This document shows, one piece after another, positions 19,085 through 30,976 of a stretch of DNA of 64,000 nucleotides; position 1 is the stretch's first letter, and every line of letters starts with the position of its first letter. The notes under the pieces were generated by a model. It saw only the letters and a list, made by a program, of their open reading frames with translations. It was not told the origin of the DNA and searched no databases. This DNA is from Myxococcota bacterium (GTDB lineage Bacteria > Myxococcota_A > SURF-8 > G963663525), in the NCBI GenBank assembly GCA_963676915.2, contig CAXXVK010000006.1, positions 1 to 64,000 on the forward strand, in the 5' to 3' direction. Position numbers and translations under genes: made by a program.

Positions 19085-20239
19085 TTATTGAGCGACCGCA
19101 AATCGACACAGCACACCCAAGTGATCGGAAGCATAGGTGTTTCCGTTGGGTTGATCCAATACGAGTTCGCAATCGATCGGCGTCAACGTGGGACCATTGC
19201 CCGGCATCAGATAGATATAATCGATCCGTCTCGTCGGACCTGAAGCCGGATAAGTATATCCTGTGTCATTTCCACGGGTTGCAGACCAGACATCGATGAA
19301 ATCTCCCGACCTGCCGCCGTGCTCGGCCTCACCGCGAAAGACCTGGTTGGCCAAACGATCCGGTGTTGCATTGAGATCTCCGGCGAAGAAACCGCCTAGT
19401 CCGTATTGTCGCCCTGCGGCAAATTCAAGGATTTTCGCTGCCTGATCGGCGCGCTCGGTTCCGTCGTCACGGGTGGTCATGTGTGTGACATACACCTGAA
19501 ACGTGCCGTAAATCGTCGAAATGCGCATACCGAGCACGGCACGAGTAATGGTGTTGAACGACTCCGGGTTGGGAAGATCTACGGATTCCACCGTTTCGTT
19601 CAAAATGGTTCCATTCGACAACACGCCGATACCTTCATCGAAACTGAGCGTACCGTGGGTTTTCCGCCATTGATAGCAGTTGTATCCGGTTCCTTCTTTG
19701 ATGGCCTGTCCCCGGTTGGTGGTGGCAATGGCTTCGCTGACTTCCTGTAGCAGCACGATATCGGGTTTGCGGTCGTTGATGAAGTCGATCACCATCTGAT
19801 TGCGGGTTTCATACGTCAAGAGAGTTGAATAAAAGTTCTGTAAATTCAAGGTCATGACGCTGATTGTCTCGACGAATTCATCCTGCTCGACTTCCGGTTC
19901 CAACTCCGGCTCCAACTCCGGTTCGAGTTCTTCCTCCGGTTCCAACTCCTCTTCTAGTTCTTCTTCGATTTCTGTGACGTTTTCTTCCTCGGAGGGCTGA
20001 TTTTCGTCGTCCAAGTCCTCATCGGCAACAGCGTCTTCGTCCGGTTCGACGTCTTCATCCCCATTGGGAGTAGCCTCGTCGCTGCTATCGCTCGTGTCGC
20101 TCTCTTGACTCACTTCGGAATCACCGCTTCCGGGAGGCGGCCAGATCCCTACGGAGTTATCCGAACAAGCGGCCAACAAAAACAGGCACAAAACGACACC
20201 GACCAATACCCGGAGGTTTGAACGCAATACTACTCTCAT
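19085..20239 (-). CDS. Endonuclease/exonuclease/phosphatase (EEP) lipoprotein with long acidic linker
   Basis: Lipobox LAAC; D/E-rich linker; MTLN, LQEV, GDLN, RIDYI and SDH motifs. Confidence 0.88.
   Translation of the reverse strand: MRVVLRSNLRVLVGVVLCLFLLAACSDNSVGIWPPPGSGDSEVSQESDTSDSSDEATPNGDEDVEPDEDAVADEDLDDENQPSEEENVTEIEEELEEELEPEEELEPELEPELEPEVEQDEFVETISVMTLNLQNFYSTLLTYETRNQMVIDFINDRKPDIVLLQEVSEAIATTNRGQAIKEGTGYNCYQWRKTHGTLSFDEGIGVLSNGTILNETVESVDLPNPESFNTITRAVLGMRISTIYGTFQVYVTHMTTRDDGTERADQAAKILEFAAGRQYGLGGFFAGDLNATPDRLANQVFRGEAEHGGRSGDFIDVWSATRGNDTGYTYPASGPTRRIDYIYLMPGNGPTLTPIDCELVLDQPNGNTYASDHLGVLCRFAVAQ
19885..19975 (-). repeat. Intragenic tandem repeat encoding (E/P)ELE units
   Basis: EEELEEELEPEEELEPELEPELEPEVE. 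Confidence 0.7.
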
Positions 20240-20389
20240 GTTTCACACTCCCGTATGCTTTCCATTCACGTTCTTCTTTGAACAGTCCAAGTCTACGCGA
20301 TAGCTTGGAAAATCGCCATATGGGAAACGTTTTTTTTCGAATAAAATTCGAGCACTTCTTGGTTTTCGGCAAGTGCGCACTACCAAACG

Positions 20390-20416
20390 AAAACACCCCC
20401 GCCGAGGCGGGGGGTG
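20390..20416 (-). terminator. Rho-independent terminator of acyl-CoA dehydrogenase
   Basis: CACCCCCGCC-GA-GGCGGGGGGTG stem followed by TTTT on the minus strand. Confidence 0.75.
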
Positions 20417-20447
20417 AACGGAAACTAGAGAGATGTCCGGTTGGAAC

Positions 20448-22301
20448 TTAGACCAACTCTTCCAGACCGCTCTTGTCTTCGGAAAGAATCGCTTCCACGG
20501 TGGAAGAGATGCGGGGAACGAAGTTCTTCGCGAAGAACGTGAAGTTGTTGATTTTGCGATAGTAGAATCCAGCTTCGCTGCTCTTGGCACGGAAGGCGGC
20601 TTCACCGTCGGCATCGACGTTGTTGTCTGCAAGAATCTTGTTGTACTTCACGGAGGCGATTGCAGCCTGATCCGCCAACAATTGACCCATCACGAGATCG
20701 CCGAACGCGGTCATGATGTCGTAGGCACGGAAGGTGGCTTCGTCCAAACGTCCCTGAGCACCCCAGCCGCCCAGCGTCATCACGGCGCCGACGACCTTTT
20801 CTTTGGCATCGGACAGAACCTTGGCAGAGTCTTTGAGAGCTTCGATTTCGTTGACTTTGGCGATGGTCTTGTCGATTTCGCCGCAGTAGCTCATGAACAC
20901 CGCGCCGCCGCCCATACCGAGCTTGCGAGCCAGGAAGTCCATGGCCTGGATGCCGTTGGCACCTTCGTAGGTCAATCCGATGCGGACGTCACGGCAGTAT
21001 TGCTCCAACGGATATTCGTTGGTGTAGCCGTAGCCACCGAGCACCTGCATACCTTTGGAGGTCATCTCGAAACCGCGATCCGTGCAATAGGCTTTGCAGA
21101 TCGGGATTAACAGATCGACATATCCTTTGTACTTGCGGGCTTCGTCTTTATCTTCCACGTTGCGGGCCATGTCATCGTACTTCGCCGTGAGGTACAACAA
21201 GGCGCGTCCGGATTCACCGAAGGCTTTCATCGTCCACAGTTCGCGGCGGATGTCGGGATGCTCGTAGATGGCGACGCGAGGAGCTTCGGGATTCTTGAAT
21301 TCTTTCACCGACGGTCCCTGGATGCGTTCCTGGGCGTAGGAGAGAGCATTCTGATAGGCGGCGTTCATCAGGGAAACACCTTGCAGACCAACTTCGAGGC
21401 GGGCGTTGTTCATCATGATGAACATGTTGCGGATGCCTTCGAATTCTTTGCCGACCATCCAGCCTTTGCACTTGGAATTTTCGCCGAACACGAGCTGGCA
21501 GGTTGCGGAACCGTGGATGCCCATTTTGTGCTCGATGCGGGAGCAGTACACATCATTGGCTTCGCCGAGGTTGCCCTCTTCGTCATGCTCGAATTTCGGC
21601 ACGTAGAACAGCGAAATTCCCTTGACGCCAGCGGGAGCGCCGGGAGTTTTGGCCAGCACGAGGTGGCAGATGTTCTCGGTCAGATCCTGATCACCGGCGG
21701 TGATGAAGATTTTTTCACCGCTGATGTGGTAGTAATCGGTTCCTTCGACCTTTTCGGCCTTGGCTTTGACGGTGGCGAGGTCGGTACCTGCGCCCGGCTC
21801 GGTCAGGACCATCGTGCCGCTCCACTCACCGGAAATGATTTTTCCGATGGCGAGTTCACGGTATTTGAAATCTTTGACGTGCTCCAGCACGTGGCTGACG
21901 CCGACGCCCAGCATCGGATAGAGAGCCATGGAGCAGTTGGAGGCGGTGAAGATATCGCCGATGGCGGTAACCATGGAGGCAGGCAGTCCGAGTCCGCCGA
22001 GTTCCTCATCGATGCTCGCACCGATAAATCCGTTTTCGGCATAGTCCTCCCAGGCTTTTTTGAAACCTTTAGGGGTGGTGACCACTTTATCGTTCCACTG
22101 CGCGCCTTCGATATCGCCGTCCTTGTTCACGGGGAACCAGGATTCCTGTGCGATTTGCAGCGCTTGATCCAGCATGGCTTCGAAAGCATCCTGGTCGTAT
22201 TCGGCGAATTTTTCGAACTTGCTGAAATCCTGAATTCCAAGCTGTTCGAACAGAACGAAGTTCTGGTCCCGACGATCAAATACGTAATCTGTGGCGGACA
22301 T
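20448..22301 (-). CDS. Acyl-CoA dehydrogenase (long, about 600 aa type)
   Basis: GTMVLTEPGAGTDL, GEKIFITAGD, IEHKMGIHGSAT, QVLGGYGY, YEGANGIQAMD motifs. Confidence 0.95.
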   Translation of the reverse strand: MSATDYVFDRRDQNFVLFEQLGIQDFSKFEKFAEYDQDAFEAMLDQALQIAQESWFPVNKDGDIEGAQWNDKVVTTPKGFKKAWEDYAENGFIGASIDEELGGLGLPASMVTAIGDIFTASNCSMALYPMLGVGVSHVLEHVKDFKYRELAIGKIISGEWSGTMVLTEPGAGTDLATVKAKAEKVEGTDYYHISGEKIFITAGDQDLTENICHLVLAKTPGAPAGVKGISLFYVPKFEHDEEGNLGEANDVYCSRIEHKMGIHGSATCQLVFGENSKCKGWMVGKEFEGIRNMFIMMNNARLEVGLQGVSLMNAAYQNALSYAQERIQGPSVKEFKNPEAPRVAIYEHPDIRRELWTMKAFGESGRALLYLTAKYDDMARNVEDKDEARKYKGYVDLLIPICKAYCTDRGFEMTSKGMQVLGGYGYTNEYPLEQYCRDVRIGLTYEGANGIQAMDFLARKLGMGGGAVFMSYCGEIDKTIAKVNEIEALKDSAKVLSDAKEKVVGAVMTLGGWGAQGRLDEATFRAYDIMTAFGDLVMGQLLADQAAIASVKYNKILADNNVDADGEAAFRAKSSEAGFYYRKINNFTFFAKNFVPRISSTVEAILSEDKSGLEELV

Positions 22302-22365
22302 GGTTTTCCCTTTCCTTTGCAGAAGGTTACGGTGAAAAATAAATTACGCGGTAAACCGCAGTACG

Positions 22366-22391
22366 AAAATGAATGACGCTTCACTCATTTT
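22366..22391. promoter_or_regulatory. Palindromic TetR/FadR-like operator upstream of acyl-CoA dehydrogenase
   Basis: AAAATGAATGA-CGCT-TCACTCATTTT, 10/11 arm match, 65 bp before the ATG. Confidence 0.65.
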
Positions 22392-22483
22392 TTTATCACA
22401 TCCATTTAAAGAGTTCAAGCGAATTTCAATCGGGCAAAACACATCACAACCCTTTGAAATTACTAGAAATATGTAACTTCCCA

Positions 22484-23023
22484 CTATTCGTTTGCACGAA
22501 ATTCCACAACGTCCCCCTGAGAAAACCCCCATTTTTCGCTTTCCCCGGCGGCGATTTCCAGAACGAAACGAGATGGCTTGTTGACGTACAAAAGCTTCGA
22601 ACTCAGCGGCTCGGCGTTGGGAACGATTCCCGCAATACGCCAGTCCGCGCCGATAAACACGATATCCAAAGACACGTAGGTATTCTTCATCCAGAACGCC
22701 TGCCGCTCTTCCAGATCGAAAAGAAACAGCATCCCGGCCTGTGGATCGATGCTCTTGCGAAACATCATTCCACGCATCCGTTCGGGGTCGCTGTCGGCAA
22801 CTTCAACGGTATATTTTACAAGATGACCTTCGGCTGTGGTGACGGTGACGGTTCCCAAAGGAAGCGACTGCCCATTATCGAGCGACGACGTATCCTCACG
22901 AGGGGGAAATCCGGCACAGGACACGAGAAGTCCGGCAAGCAGTAGGCAGACGTAAGGCAAAAATCGAATGCTACGAGGCAACAAATGACGGGGTAATTGA
23001 ATTGGGTAACGCCGTGAAGTCAT
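22484..23023 (-). CDS. DUF192-domain lipoprotein
   Basis: VEVAD..RGMMFR..GMLFLF..FWMKNT..LDIVFI..VLEIAAG; lipobox LVSC. Confidence 0.9.
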   Translation of the reverse strand: MTSRRYPIQLPRHLLPRSIRFLPYVCLLLAGLLVSCAGFPPREDTSSLDNGQSLPLGTVTVTTAEGHLVKYTVEVADSDPERMRGMMFRKSIDPQAGMLFLFDLEERQAFWMKNTYVSLDIVFIGADWRIAGIVPNAEPLSSKLLYVNKPSRFVLEIAAGESEKWGFSQGDVVEFRANE

Positions 23024-23056
23024 GTTCGGTCACCGGCGAAGACGAACGAAAATGAT

Positions 23057-23650
23057 TTAGAAACTCCCCACGAATCCGAAATTGGTCATCATGGAAAGGG
23101 TCGAGAACCTATGCCCTTTTTTACTTTTCGTCACAGATTGCCACCACATGGCATACAAGGCACCCGTTTCGAGAAAAATTCCCATCGAACCCATGTGGTA
23201 AACAAAACCAGGAAGAAGCTGTGCGTTGAATCCTATACCCATGTCGTAATCGGGATGACCGGTCCAGGACAATCCGCCTGAAAAACGGGTATAAAGCTCC
23301 CAATCGTCATTTAACGGCAAAACACCACGCATGGTTCCGTTGAAATTCAAGAGTTTGAAGTCCAGATCCTGAATATTGGCAAAGGTCATGTCGATAAAAC
23401 CGACTTCGCCACCCACGAAAAAGATAGGGGATTCCATAGCTTCAAGGAACAAAGAAAATCCGCCGGACAACTTCATACCGTCGGTCGCGCAACTTCCATA
23501 ACAGTTTTCGCTTTGTCCCAATGCAGGAATAACAATACCTTTCACGCCCACATTGAAACGGTCGTCCGATCCGGTAGCGGATTCTTCCGCATGGGCATAC
23601 GAGAAGGAAAACAGAAGCAAGAAAAGGGCGATGGAAAGGAAAGTACGCAT
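23057..23650 (-). CDS. Probable small outer-membrane beta-barrel protein
   Basis: Signal peptide ending AHA; amphipathic strands; C-terminal Phe (FGFVGSF). Confidence 0.65.
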   Translation of the reverse strand: MRTFLSIALFLLLFSFSYAHAEESATGSDDRFNVGVKGIVIPALGQSENCYGSCATDGMKLSGGFSLFLEAMESPIFFVGGEVGFIDMTFANIQDLDFKLLNFNGTMRGVLPLNDDWELYTRFSGGLSWTGHPDYDMGIGFNAQLLPGFVYHMGSMGIFLETGALYAMWWQSVTKSKKGHRFSTLSMMTNFGFVGSF

Positions 23651-23875
23651 CCTCAAGCCTCGTCGAAAGTGCAAGATAAACGGCACATGGATTATGAAAA
23701 CTGCCGTTCATAACGTAGTGGGTCGCAGGAAACGAGTCAAGAATTTTCGTTTCGTTTCGATATAGGCAAGCTCTTAGAAGGAAAATCCTTGGTTTCGCAA
23801 ACCGGCTTCGCCATAATGGCTCGTCGAAACTCCTTTGGTTGGAACGAAAAACCTCTTTGTGAATCGGAAAACGTC

Positions 23876-24789
<914 letters not shown>

Positions 24790-24793
<4 letters not shown>

Positions 24794-24963
24794 TCGATAC
24801 GGTTGAATTGCTCCTTCGGCAAACCACATAAAGGGCAGCACCAATCGTCGGGAAGTTCCTCGAACGAAACGCCGGGTTGAATCTGCTGGATGGCATCTCC
24901 TTCACTCGGATCGTACGTATATCCCTGGCAAAGACACTCGTATTTTTCTTCCGATGCTTTCAT
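24790..24963 (-). CDS. Rubredoxin (57 aa, below ORF-track cutoff)
   Basis: MKASEEKYECLCQGYTYDPSEGD..PGVSFEELPDDWCCPLCGLPKEQF; GAAGGA RBS; stop overlaps the lipA stop. Confidence 0.85.
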
Positions 24964-25225
24964 TTGATTTCCTTCCCAATTCCTAAAGCAAAGCGCTTTA
25001 TTTAGATTTACTATCTTCTAATAATTACTATTGTTTGTCAATTTTCTTAACGTATTCCAGGAAAATTCCTTGCATTGGGGAGAAAAACAACCAGTTTTTG
25101 ATGAGAAATTCAAAAAAACGTCTCTGTATGTCAAGAGAGACTTTACGCAACCGTACCAATAAGGATAGTATTGGGTAGTTTCTTCGAAACGATTAGTTCA
25201 GTTCTTCAACAGGTTGATTCAGGGG

Positions 25226-26717
25226 ATGGTCGTGCGAATTCTATTCTGCGCTACAGAAGTGGAGCCATTTTGCAAAATCGGTGGTCTGGCCGATGTCGTC
25301 GGAGCCTTGCCTAAAGCTTTGAGAAAACTCGATGGAATCGAAACGGCGGTGATTACGCCGATGTTCCGTTCCACCAGCAAACGGCACGAACAAATCAAGC
25401 GTCCTTGAAGGCGATCACGGTACCGTATTGGTCGGCAACAAGGAAGAACCGATCCATTTCTGGAAATCCGTATTGCCCGGCTCGAACGTTCCCGTGTTTT
25501 TCGTTGAAAACCAAGCCATGTTCGACCGGGAAGATATCTACATCAATCCGTCCACGAGCGAAGGCTATGTGGACAACCCACGGCGCTGGATCGTATTCCA
25601 GATGGCGGTACTGGCCTTTTTGCATCAAGGACATTGGTCTGCGGACATTCTGCACTTGCACGAACATCATACGGGACTGATTCCCGCCATGCTGAAATCC
25701 CGCACACTGGGAAAGAACGAAGAAGGATTCAAAACCCCGAAAACCATCCTGACCATCCACAACATGGGTTATCAGGGTCAATGCAACGCCAAATTTCTTT
25801 CGGAGGCTCGCCTTCATCCAACGTTATTCGATGAAAACAGCCCCTATCCCGTGCAAAACCAATTCAATTACCTCAAAGCCGGAATCATTTACGCCGATCG
25901 GGTAAACACGGTCAGCCGCACGTTCGCCGAAGAAACCCGGCAGGACAACAACTTCAGTTTCGACCTTTCCGAAGCGCTGAAAAGCCGTGGAGACAAGTAT
26001 TTCGGCATCCTCAACGGGATCGACTACGATACCTGGAATCCCAACACGGATACATTACTGGAAACAACCTACAACCAGCGCAGCCTCGACAAAAAAGCCG
26101 AAAACAAAAAGCAATTGCTGGCTCAATTGGGCGTCGATTACACCCGCACGGAACTTCCTCTGGTCGGCATGATTACCCGACTGGTGGATCAGAAAGGCAT
26201 CAATCTGCTGGGACGAGCCATCAACAAAATGCTCACCTTCGATCTGCAATTCGTGCTGCTGGGCAAAGGCGACCCGCGGTATCATCGCCTGTTCGAACAG
26301 GTGCAGATGCGCTATCCCTCGAAGTTCGGATTACGACTCCAGTTCTCGAATCGCATGGCCCACATGATCGAAGCGGCAAGCGATTTCTTCCTGATTCCAA
26401 GTCGTTACGAGCCTTGCGGACTCAACCAGCTATATTCGATGCGCTACGGCACCATTCCGATTGTCCGCGCCACCGGCGGACTGGCCGACACCGTGATGGA
26501 CTACGACGACGAAACGAAAGAAGGTTGGGGATTCACGTTCAAGGATTACACGGAAAACGACCTACTCAAAGCCGTACGACGCGCCACCTCGTTTTACAAG
26601 CACAAACCCAAAGATTTCCGCAAGATGATGCGACGTGCCATGAAGCAGGATTTCTCCTGGCAGGCTTCCGCACGCGAATACGCCAAAGTCTACCAGGAAA
26701 TGCTGGGAGAAGACTGA
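25226..26717 (+). pseudogene. glgA: Glycogen synthase with one frameshift near 25400
   Basis: KIGGLADV in the first frame (stop 25408); TIHNMGYQG, GILNGID, RLVDQKG, PSRYEPCGL and TGGLADTV in the next frame. Confidence 0.88.
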
Positions 26718-26801
26718 AAACAAAAGCGTTTTCAATCCGTTACAACCTTTCGTTCCCTTTGAATCCCTCTTATTCTTAGGGATTCTCAGTAACGATCCAG
26801 G

Positions 26802-29621
26802 CTATCGATACCATACATCCGTGCTTTCAGGCTGTTCGGGAGCCGGAATCGGCAGGAAAGACGCATACCGCGTGCCATTGGAATACAAAATGTGAACCCT
26901 ACCATCGTCCGAAACGGCCATTTTATCCACTTTCAGCAAGTAAGGGATCGGGTTGGATTCAGAACATCGAACAAGACCGAAGCGATCCGTGCAATAGTGT
27001 TTCCAATCATTGGAAAAAGTACTCTCTTCTCTCAAAACATGAAAATGGCTTTCTGTATCGACCGCAAAATTTAAAGTGCGATTTCCGTGTGTATAGCACT
27101 CTACTTCGGACGTTCGGATGATTTTCAACACATCAAAGAAGCCACTTATGCCACAACCATGCCGACTACACACGATATTTTCATGGTAAAACGACGAATA
27201 TAGGTTCGATGTCGAGTCAACATCAAAACCGAAACCGACAATTCGATAATTATTTTCTACGAGATCTTCCAATACCCAACCACTTGCCTCACGACGCGCT
27301 AAAGCCGTGTATAAGGTATCGCTAAAAGCGATCAAAGGGTTTCCCTCGGAATCAACTTTTATCCAAGCATCAATCGGATCGTCGTTGTCCAGAGCCACCA
27401 CGTTTTCGGAGGTAAAAGTCAAGTCACACATGGAATTGTAAACCAGTTCATATGGCTCTCTATCGCGAAGAAACACGAGATGAAGACAGCCATCATCACC
27501 GAATTCCATGTCTTTCAGGACAAACGATGTTTCCTCGTTTTGTTCCGGTATGGGCAGAGGTCGTGTAATCCACACATCATCTCTCCCCTTTGAATACTGA
27601 AACGAGGGCACTGTATCATCTCGCCGATAAGCAGCATAGAACCTCCCACTGGAATTGACGTACAATTTCATATGTGTGAACTGAACCTGGTTCCAATGCA
27701 AAAATGAAACAATCGTTTTGTATTCGAATCGTTTGTTCGAAATAACCGTGGCAAGCTGGAGGGAATTGCGCCAGCCACTTTGCGTCCATTCGTTCGCGGC
27801 AATCATAAACGAGGGACGCCCATCCGGGTCAACCACCCAATTGGAAGTCTTGATGACGTCGCTCGAATCCAAAAAGGAGAAGGTCTCCACCTCTCCATCT
27901 TTCGCAACATAGGTAAGCGGTCCCGGGTCTTGAAGATAGCTGGCCACCCATTTCCCACCACGCATCATGTTCCAATCATGAATATTTCCCGAATATACGT
28001 GCGAACGGCTCTGTTCATCGGAAAACCAATTCCCTTGGCGACGAGTGAAAAAGTGAAGCAAACCGTCCGACCCAACGCCTCCAATTCTAACCTCTCCATC
28101 GGTTTCAACCATAATAACCGGCTGAGACATCAAACCGTTTCCAACCGTGACACGTTCATAAGCCCAACCATTCGAGGTACGAACCCCATATACGGCATCC
28201 TGAGATTGTCTCCCATACATACTTTCACTTGAAAGAACGATTGTATGAAGCGTACCAAAATCATCCCGTATGGCGGAACCTTCCAATACTAAATGTTCCG
28301 ACTCTTCGTCATTGGGAATCGGTTGCCAAGTTTCCAACATCCAGCTTTTTTTTCCCAACTCTGCTATGATGGGTTCTTGTTCGTCGCTCCCTCTAAAACA
28401 AACGATCTGCGGTTGTCCTGTTTCGGTGAGCAAAAGGAAGGGGCGCCTCGAACATCCTGCGTTCTCGATGGTTTCATCTGTGAAAAAACCTTGTCGATTT
28501 GTCAGATAATGAAGGTCAGAGGAATAATCAATCCAAACAAAATGTACTTTGGAATCACTATCCACAATCAGATCCGACGTCTCACTTACGGAAATTCTCG
28601 TTTGAGAAAGATGATGGATTTCCCATTCACCATTCAGGGTGGTGAGATAGACCCAAGAATAGATCGACGAATGCTCTCCTGAGTTTACCATGGCAAGCAG
28701 ATGAAAGGATCCGTTTCTATCGACTTGAAATGAACGAAGACCTTTCAAGAAAAAGGAACTTCCAAACGGTTCGACTTCGGTAACATTTCGACCGACAATC
28801 GAATACACCACGAGCCGTCCGCTACGTAATGCCGCAATGTGTTGTCCTCCTCTTTCTCCCTTGGCAACAATGGCATCCGTCAGTTTATCGAAACGTAACG
28901 AAATATTTTGAACGGAGGTGAGGGAAAGTCCTCCCTCCGTTCTCAGGTAAGTATCGCAAAATGCCGGGTTTGCATGGTAATTTGGGTCGCGGGTACAGAC
29001 ATACCCGGTTTCGGGAGCACAATATTGCGCTTCATCGCATTCTTCCGGGCAAACCAACTCCACACATTCATCGCCTCCCATGCAAGCGGTTCCTTCCGGG
29101 CAAGGAGGAGAACAGCAAGCTCCGCAATACCAAAATTCAGGGCTATTATCAGGAGCATTAATGTTGCAACATTGCGTTGTAGGGCATTGGGTCGTGCAGA
29201 ACTCGCAGAGACCGTTGTTTGGATTGCAGGACGCTCCCGGCTGGCATCCCCCTTCCTCGCAACGCAGCCGACAAACAGCTCCCGTTCCACAAACCCAACC
29301 ATCCGAGCAATCAGCATTTCTCTCGCAGGAAATCGCAGCTTCGATGTCTTCTTCCGCCATCTCCTCCGTTGCATCGTCAACTTTATCGTCCATACCCTCT
29401 TCAACGACATCGAGATCGGGAACCTCGCTCGACGGCTCCGACGAATCGCTAGTATCCCCATCCGCCATTTCCGCCTCATCGAAATCAACATCTGCCTCCG
29501 GGCCGACGATATCGCTGTCATCATTCGGGAATTGGCTGAAATCTCCGAAATCCAGCTGGCAGGCGGATACCATGACAACCGCAAATATAATGGCACAATG
29601 CGCAATACTACCTCTGCTCAT
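26802..29621 (-). CDS. Large lipoprotein: acidic linker, Cys-rich repeats, probable beta-propeller
   Basis: Lipobox VSAC; D/E-rich segment; many Cys; repeated xDSxGxxHxx blades. Confidence 0.72.
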   Translation of the reverse strand: MSRGSIAHCAIIFAVVMVSACQLDFGDFSQFPNDDSDIVGPEADVDFDEAEMADGDTSDSSEPSSEVPDLDVVEEGMDDKVDDATEEMAEEDIEAAISCERNADCSDGWVCGTGAVCRLRCEEGGCQPGASCNPNNGLCEFCTTQCPTTQCCNINAPDNSPEFWYCGACCSPPCPEGTACMGGDECVELVCPEECDEAQYCAPETGYVCTRDPNYHANPAFCDTYLRTEGGLSLTSVQNISLRFDKLTDAIVAKGERGGQHIAALRSGRLVVYSIVGRNVTEVEPFGSSFFLKGLRSFQVDRNGSFHLLAMVNSGEHSSIYSWVYLTTLNGEWEIHHLSQTRISVSETSDLIVDSDSKVHFVWIDYSSDLHYLTNRQGFFTDETIENAGCSRRPFLLLTETGQPQIVCFRGSDEQEPIIAELGKKSWMLETWQPIPNDEESEHLVLEGSAIRDDFGTLHTIVLSSESMYGRQSQDAVYGVRTSNGWAYERVTVGNGLMSQPVIMVETDGEVRIGGVGSDGLLHFFTRRQGNWFSDEQSRSHVYSGNIHDWNMMRGGKWVASYLQDPGPLTYVAKDGEVETFSFLDSSDVIKTSNWVVDPDGRPSFMIAANEWTQSGWRNSLQLATVISNKRFEYKTIVSFLHWNQVQFTHMKLYVNSSGRFYAAYRRDDTVPSFQYSKGRDDVWITRPLPIPEQNEETSFVLKDMEFGDDGCLHLVFLRDREPYELVYNSMCDLTFTSENVVALDNDDPIDAWIKVDSEGNPLIAFSDTLYTALARREASGWVLEDLVENNYRIVGFGFDVDSTSNLYSSFYHENIVCSRHGCGISGFFDVLKIIRTSEVECYTHGNRTLNFAVDTESHFHVLREESTFSNDWKHYCTDRFGLVRCSESNPIPYLLKVDKMAVSDDGRVHILYSNGTRYASFLPIPAPEQPESTDVWYR

Positions 29622-29908
29622 CCGATTTCCCCATGCATTTTGATTTCCGACTGCGAATATTATAAATAAGCTCAATCGGTTTGTCATCCACAAAAAACGG
29701 ATACAAGATTTTTTGTTGTTTGGAACAATACGCTGCGATAATCAGTGAGTTGGACGCTCTCAGCGCCGATTTTTCTCCGATTTTATCCTTTCTGTCAGAG
29801 AAATCCGTTGACGGACAAAGCATGCGAAACGTATCATCCATTCCGTGATTTTCGTTTGAGGCTCTCTTTCGTGCCAAAGAGCGCATCCTTTCCAACCAGA
29901 GGTCGAAC

Positions 29909-30955
29909 ATGCCAGCCCCCGAAATCCGAGACACACCACCCGCCCTCGTCGAAAACGGTCGAATTCATAGCGGCTTTTTCAAATTGCCGTTTCGCAAGGT
30001 CAATCTGTTCGACGCCATCCAAATGACCGGCTTCGAAGCGAAACTCCTTCGTCGAATGAGACTGAAGGAATGGGTAGGATTCGGCTTCGATCACCCTGAA
30101 GTGTACGGGGCCATGCTGATTCAAAATTCCGGTTATGCCGCCAGCGGAACGGTCTATCTGTACGAGAAGGAAACCAAACGCTTTCTGGAACGGCTGATTA
30201 TCGATTTCCCCTGGCGAGCGACGTTACCCGAAACGCTTTGGGACGACAAAAGCTACTGTAAGCAAGGCCACCAGAGCCTCCGATTCGAGCACGACCTGGA
30301 GCATCACCAGCACCGTATTCATTTGGAGGCTGCCGGAAGCGCAGGCAAACCGCCGTTATCCGCCGATCTCGTCCTGCATCAGGATTGGCGAACCACCGAG
30401 CCGCTGGTGGTCAGTCTGCCTATCGCTCCGCAACACCACACTTACACCCATAAATCTCCCCTACGAATGGAAGGCGAAATTCGTGTAGGAGAAACCCGCT
30501 ATACCTTCGATCCTGCACGGGATTTCGGCAATCTGGACGAGCAGAAAACGTTTTATCCCTATCGCTCCCACTGGAAGTGGGGTTGCTTTGCCGGAAAATC
30601 CGTCGAGGGCCGAGACATCGCCGTGAACTTCGTTCATCAGATGACACCCACCGATGAACCGGGAGAAGATGCTCTGTGGGTGGATGGAAAACTCATGCTG
30701 ATGCCTCAACCATCCATTCGCTTCACGGGAGACCTCAAAGACTCGCCAGTGGAAATCGGCAATGAAAACGAACGGTTGCGCCTACGTTTCACGCCAATCG
30801 GCTCCAAAAAAGAAAAGCGCAACTACGGGCTGATTTTCATGGATTACGAGCAGTTTTTCGGCCAATACGACGGAGAAATCACGGACGACACAGGAAAAGT
30901 ACATTCCGTGACGGGAATCTTCGGCGCCTTCGAACGCATGAAGGCACGTTTCTAA
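29909..30955 (+). CDS. DUF2804-family protein
   Basis: RLKEW, HTYTHK, YRSHWKW, ALWVDGK, YEQFFGQYDG and ARF end. Confidence 0.8.
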   Translation: MPAPEIRDTPPALVENGRIHSGFFKLPFRKVNLFDAIQMTGFEAKLLRRMRLKEWVGFGFDHPEVYGAMLIQNSGYAASGTVYLYEKETKRFLERLIIDFPWRATLPETLWDDKSYCKQGHQSLRFEHDLEHHQHRIHLEAAGSAGKPPLSADLVLHQDWRTTEPLVVSLPIAPQHHTYTHKSPLRMEGEIRVGETRYTFDPARDFGNLDEQKTFYPYRSHWKWGCFAGKSVEGRDIAVNFVHQMTPTDEPGEDALWVDGKLMLMPQPSIRFTGDLKDSPVEIGNENERLRLRFTPIGSKKEKRNYGLIFMDYEQFFGQYDGEITDDTGKVHSVTGIFGAFERMKARF

Positions 30956-30976
30956 CGTCTTCCCTTGTTTTTCATT

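Noticed and set aside
20433-22376. Long antisense ORFs (20433-21110, 21258-22376; likewise 4680-5954, 38657-39826, 49896-51443)
   Set aside because: Shadow frames of well-supported genes with biased codon usage; no domain motifs.
29080-29643. Gln/Ser-rich plus-strand ORF
   Set aside because: Antisense of the Cys-rich and acidic region of the lipoprotein gene.
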